From assembly GCF_006345805.1 (NCBI RefSeq), contig NC_043000.1, positions 92,070,001 through 92,134,000 of the forward strand: DNA of 64,000 nt, written 5' to 3'. Of this stretch, positions 60,646 to 64,000 are shown in pieces. Numbering within the stretch: position 1 is the stretch's first letter; every line of letters starts with the position of its first letter. The position numbers and the translations under genes were made by a program. This stretch comes from Octopus sinensis. Its lineage: Eukaryota. The notes beneath the pieces were generated by a model. The model saw only the letters and a list, made by a program, of their open reading frames with translations. It did no database searches and was not told where the DNA came from.

Positions 60646-63502
60646 CAGGGGTCTCTAAAGTACGGCCTGCGGGCCGGATTCGGCCCGCCAAGGTTTTTAA
60701 TCCGGCCCGCCGAGCTGTCCTCCAAAATTATAAAACAAATGTCGAAAAACAAGCCTTGCCGAAATCATACAAAAACAAATATACTTTACACCCCTTTTAA
60801 TACGTTTGACAAATATAGTACAGCAAATAGACGCAAGACGACGCTAATTGATTTGCCATCAATTAATGTCTTTAAATTGCGCCGGCGAATTAAAAATTTA
60901 TACACTAAACTTTAGTGTAAATATAGGTTCTTTTCCACTCCCCCCGTTTTAACTGACCCATCAGAACCACCATAAAATGAATTAACTTCGCTATGGAGCT
61001 ACCTATCATTCATCTTAGATAATAGGCGATTGTCAGTGAGATGGATGGTGCTGCTTACAATGAAGCAGAGATTCAATTTCTAGCTTTATTGATGTCGCAG
61101 AAAAGTCAACCTATTCCGTCAACTGTCGAGAGAGCAGATACGACAAGTATGACGTTAATAAAAGTCCCGTGCCTAGTATAATAAAAGAAGACAAATATCG
61201 ATTTATCGATGTTACCTACATCTCACGAGCGATGAATAGAGAGGGTTGAGCCTGACGTTGTGTGGTGGTTTCTAATCCTGGTGCAGTCGCCAATCAGCGT
61301 GGAGTAAAGTTCGATGCGCATTCCGTCAGTCAGCACAGACTTGGCGTTTTCGTTGTGCACAAGTGTGAGTCATTTGTCGTCGTCGCTGCCGAAGTGAATG
61401 CACGTATCGAGTGACCTGTGAATATTGTTTTTACTTGTTTCGTCCTTTTACATATATCGTCGAGCAAAATCTGTCGACCCATGGTAAAAATGTTAGCTCA
61501 AGGAAGAAAACGAAAAATCGACTCTGAGTGTAGAGTTTTTAAGGAACAATGGAACATAGACTATTTTGTCATAGAGTCAAACAACAAGGCACTATGCGTT
61601 ATATGCACCGACACAATTGCAGTACTTAAAGAGTACAACATTCGGAGACATTATGAAAAAAAGCATTCATCACAGTACTACCAATTCATTGGACAGCTAC
61701 GTAAAGAGAAATTTGACAAATTAAAGAAGAATTTATCATCAATGCAGTTTGTTTTCAAGAAGAAGGCTGTAGAAAAAGAGAGAGCAACAAGAGCAAGCTT
61801 CCATGTTGCTTACCTTTTGGCGAAGAAAGGTAAGCCATTTACAGATGGTGAACTTATTAAAAAGTGCTTGAATGAGGTAGCTAAGGAAATGTGTCCAGAA
61901 AACGTAGATTTATTTTCCGCAATTAGTCTTTCTGCGAACACTGTTGCTCGTAGGGTTGAACATATTGAAAGAAATATTAAATCACAGCTAAAAGACAAAG
62001 CCAGCAAGTTTGTATGCTTTTCTTTTGCACTTGATGAGTCAATTGATGTATCAGACACATCCCAATTGTTATTGTTCATCAGAGGAATAAATGCCAATTT
62101 TGAGATTACTGAGGAACTTGTATCTGTGAACAGCATGCATGGAACAACAACAGGCATAGATATTTTTAGAGAAGTGGAAAAGTCAGTGGCTGAGTATAAT
62201 TTGGAATGGAAAAAACTAAAATGCATAACAACAGATGGTGGCAGAAATATGTGTGGAACCAAAAAGGGCTTATTTGGGCAAATTAACAAAGTAATTGAGA
62301 ATTCCGGTGGATTGAAACCTTTGGTATTGCATTGTATTCTTCATCAGCAAGCACTGTGTGGAAAGCATCTTGATTTATCATCTGTATTAGATCCTGTGAT
62401 TTCCACTGTTAACTACATAAGATCTCATGGACTCAAACATCGCCAATTTCGTGATTTCTTGGAGGAAATGAATGCTGAGTTTCCAGACCTACCTTACTAT
62501 ACTTCAGTAAGATGGCTTAGCTATGGAAAAATTCTGGCTAGATTGTTTGAGCTTCGAACTGAAATTGAAATATTTTTAAATGAGAAAAACCATTCACAGG
62601 TGTTGCTCAAAGACAGTGAATGGCTCTGGAAATTAGCATTTTCAGCCGATTTAACTATGCATCTCAATGATTTCAACCTACGGATACAAGGTGAAACTTC
62701 ACTCATCTGTGATTTGTACTCAAAGGTGAAAGCTTTTCGTAAGAAATTAATACTATTTGAAAGTCAGTTAACAAGAAGCTGCTTTACTCATTTTTCACGA
62801 TGTGACAAATATAGACAGGAAGCTGCCACTCCATTTCCAAACTTGTTTGCTCAAGATGTCATTTTAGCTTTGAAACAACAGTTTGAAGAACGTTTTTCTG
62901 ATCTTGATGCATGTTCTTCAAATCTAAGAATTTTTGAAAATCCATTTAACTCTGTTATTGGAGACTTACCTTCTGAGTTACAAATGGAAGTTATTGATTT
63001 GCAATCCAATGACATCCTGAAGGACAAATATAAAGAGGGAAATTTGATTGAATTCTACAAATGCCTTCCATCCGACCAATTTCTTCATTTAAGGAGGTTT
63101 GCCTGTGAATTCATTTCAGTTTTTGGCACCACGTATTTGTGTGAGAAGACTTTTTCAAAGATGAAATACACAAAATCCTGCTACAGATCACAATTGTCTG
63201 ATGAACATTTAAATGCATTGCTTGTTATTGGAACCACTCATTTTGAACCTCAGTTGGATAAAATTTTGTCAGAAATGAAACAATTTCATGTTTCTCCTAT
63301 TGATCAAAGTTAAAAAAAACATGTTAATTGTTACTGATATTATATACATTGTGATTATGTACTGAATAAATAACCTTTTTTAATTATTAATTCACTATTT
63401 ATTTATATTATTTTGGTAAAATAAATAATTTAGAACCTTGGCCCCCGTAGCTTTAAAAATTCAGCAATGTGGCCCTCCGCTGGAAAACTTTGGAGACCCC
63501 TG
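60646..63502 (+). mobile_element. Complete hAT DNA transposon (SPIN/Buster-like), 2857 bp
   Basis: TIRs CAGGGGTCTCTAAAGT and CAGGGGTCTCCAAAGT (15/16); perfect 8-bp TSD TTCTACAG at 60638-60645 and 63503-63510; GGCCCG-rich subterminal motifs. Confidence 0.97.
61481..63313 (+). CDS. Intact hAT transposase, 610 aa from the first ATG (SPIN/GTF2IRD2-like)
   Basis: RKRKIDSECRVFKEQW; BED-like C-x2-C..H-x4-H; FALDES, TTDGG, CILH, VRWLS and YLCEKTFS motifs; no stops. Confidence 0.95.
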   Translation: MVKMLAQGRKRKIDSECRVFKEQWNIDYFVIESNNKALCVICTDTIAVLKEYNIRRHYEKKHSSQYYQFIGQLRKEKFDKLKKNLSSMQFVFKKKAVEKERATRASFHVAYLLAKKGKPFTDGELIKKCLNEVAKEMCPENVDLFSAISLSANTVARRVEHIERNIKSQLKDKASKFVCFSFALDESIDVSDTSQLLLFIRGINANFEITEELVSVNSMHGTTTGIDIFREVEKSVAEYNLEWKKLKCITTDGGRNMCGTKKGLFGQINKVIENSGGLKPLVLHCILHQQALCGKHLDLSSVLDPVISTVNYIRSHGLKHRQFRDFLEEMNAEFPDLPYYTSVRWLSYGKILARLFELRTEIEIFLNEKNHSQVLLKDSEWLWKLAFSADLTMHLNDFNLRIQGETSLICDLYSKVKAFRKKLILFESQLTRSCFTHFSRCDKYRQEAATPFPNLFAQDVILALKQQFEERFSDLDACSSNLRIFENPFNSVIGDLPSELQMEVIDLQSNDILKDKYKEGNLIEFYKCLPSDQFLHLRRFACEFISVFGTTYLCEKTFSKMKYTKSCYRSQLSDEHLNALLVIGTTHFEPQLDKILSEMKQFHVSPIDQS

Positions 63503-64000
63503 TTCTACAGAATGAAGAGCAAGTCTTCTTCTATCATACTCTCAATTTCGATCAACTTGCGCTGCAGGGTCTTGAAGGAAATAGTGTTAGTTGAAGGCTA
63601 CCAAACCTGCCACACACAGACAACTTCAGCTTTATGTATATAGATTTGCTACACACTACTTTCCATCCTTAATAATGAAACTTGGTAGATCCAAAAGTTA
63701 AACACACACACACAGACACACAAGTTGAGTTTTATATATATATATATATAGATTTCTCAACGGGGATTTCAGGGGAGAGTTTCAGGGAGTCGCTGGCAAT
63801 GTATCGTGATGATCAAAAATCCGGCCTGCTAAAATTTGGTTAAAGTGATTCAAACTGCACACTCAACGCAAAATGGTCACATTTAATTCAAAGCGTTAAA
63901 CATGTTATGGAAACAATTGGTATGTGTTCACAAAGTCCAAACGATTAATACGAAAAAACCCTCCAGGCTACATCCCGAAAATTCATTTCTTTGCCGAATT

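Larger units (their letters stand above)
60389..63645 (+). mobile_element. Non-autonomous Helitron/Lep1-like repeat interrupted by the hAT
   Basis: 5' ACTAGCAGTATCACCCGGTGTTGCTTGGG; 3' cacagacaacttcagctttatgtatatagat; family assignment is by resemblance. Confidence 0.55.

Noticed and set aside
61418-61480. 21-aa N-terminal extension of the transposase in the ORF track
   Set aside because: Starts at a non-ATG codon; homology begins after the ATG at 61481

Overview
AT-rich, repeat-dominated eukaryotic DNA. The SINE, RTE-tail and Penelope-tail families match repeats I recall as abundant in Octopus genomes, so an octopod cephalopod origin is inferred (not verified). No complete host gene is recognisable. 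Four minus-strand candidate exons (one with a CAP-Gly-like frame) suggest most of the window is intronic. Recognisable elements: several Penelope-like element (PLE) remnants; a near full-length, frameshifted L1/Tx1-type LINE (about 10.66-15.95 kb, minus) nested in a Helitron-like repeat that is nested in a SINE; RTE, R4/Dong-like and mariner fragments; MITEs and palindromes; many tRNA-derived SINEs; and an intact SPIN/Buster-like hAT transposon (60646-63502, 8-bp TSD, 610-aa ORF). The most unusual signal is a set of at least five families of minimal type I hammerhead-ribozyme (HHR) motifs in PLE-type terminal repeats. They include multi-copy variants in which the C3-G8 core pair is swapped to U3-A8 or G3-C8, and a family with U at the normally invariant A6. 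Most short ORFs in the track are microsatellite artefacts.
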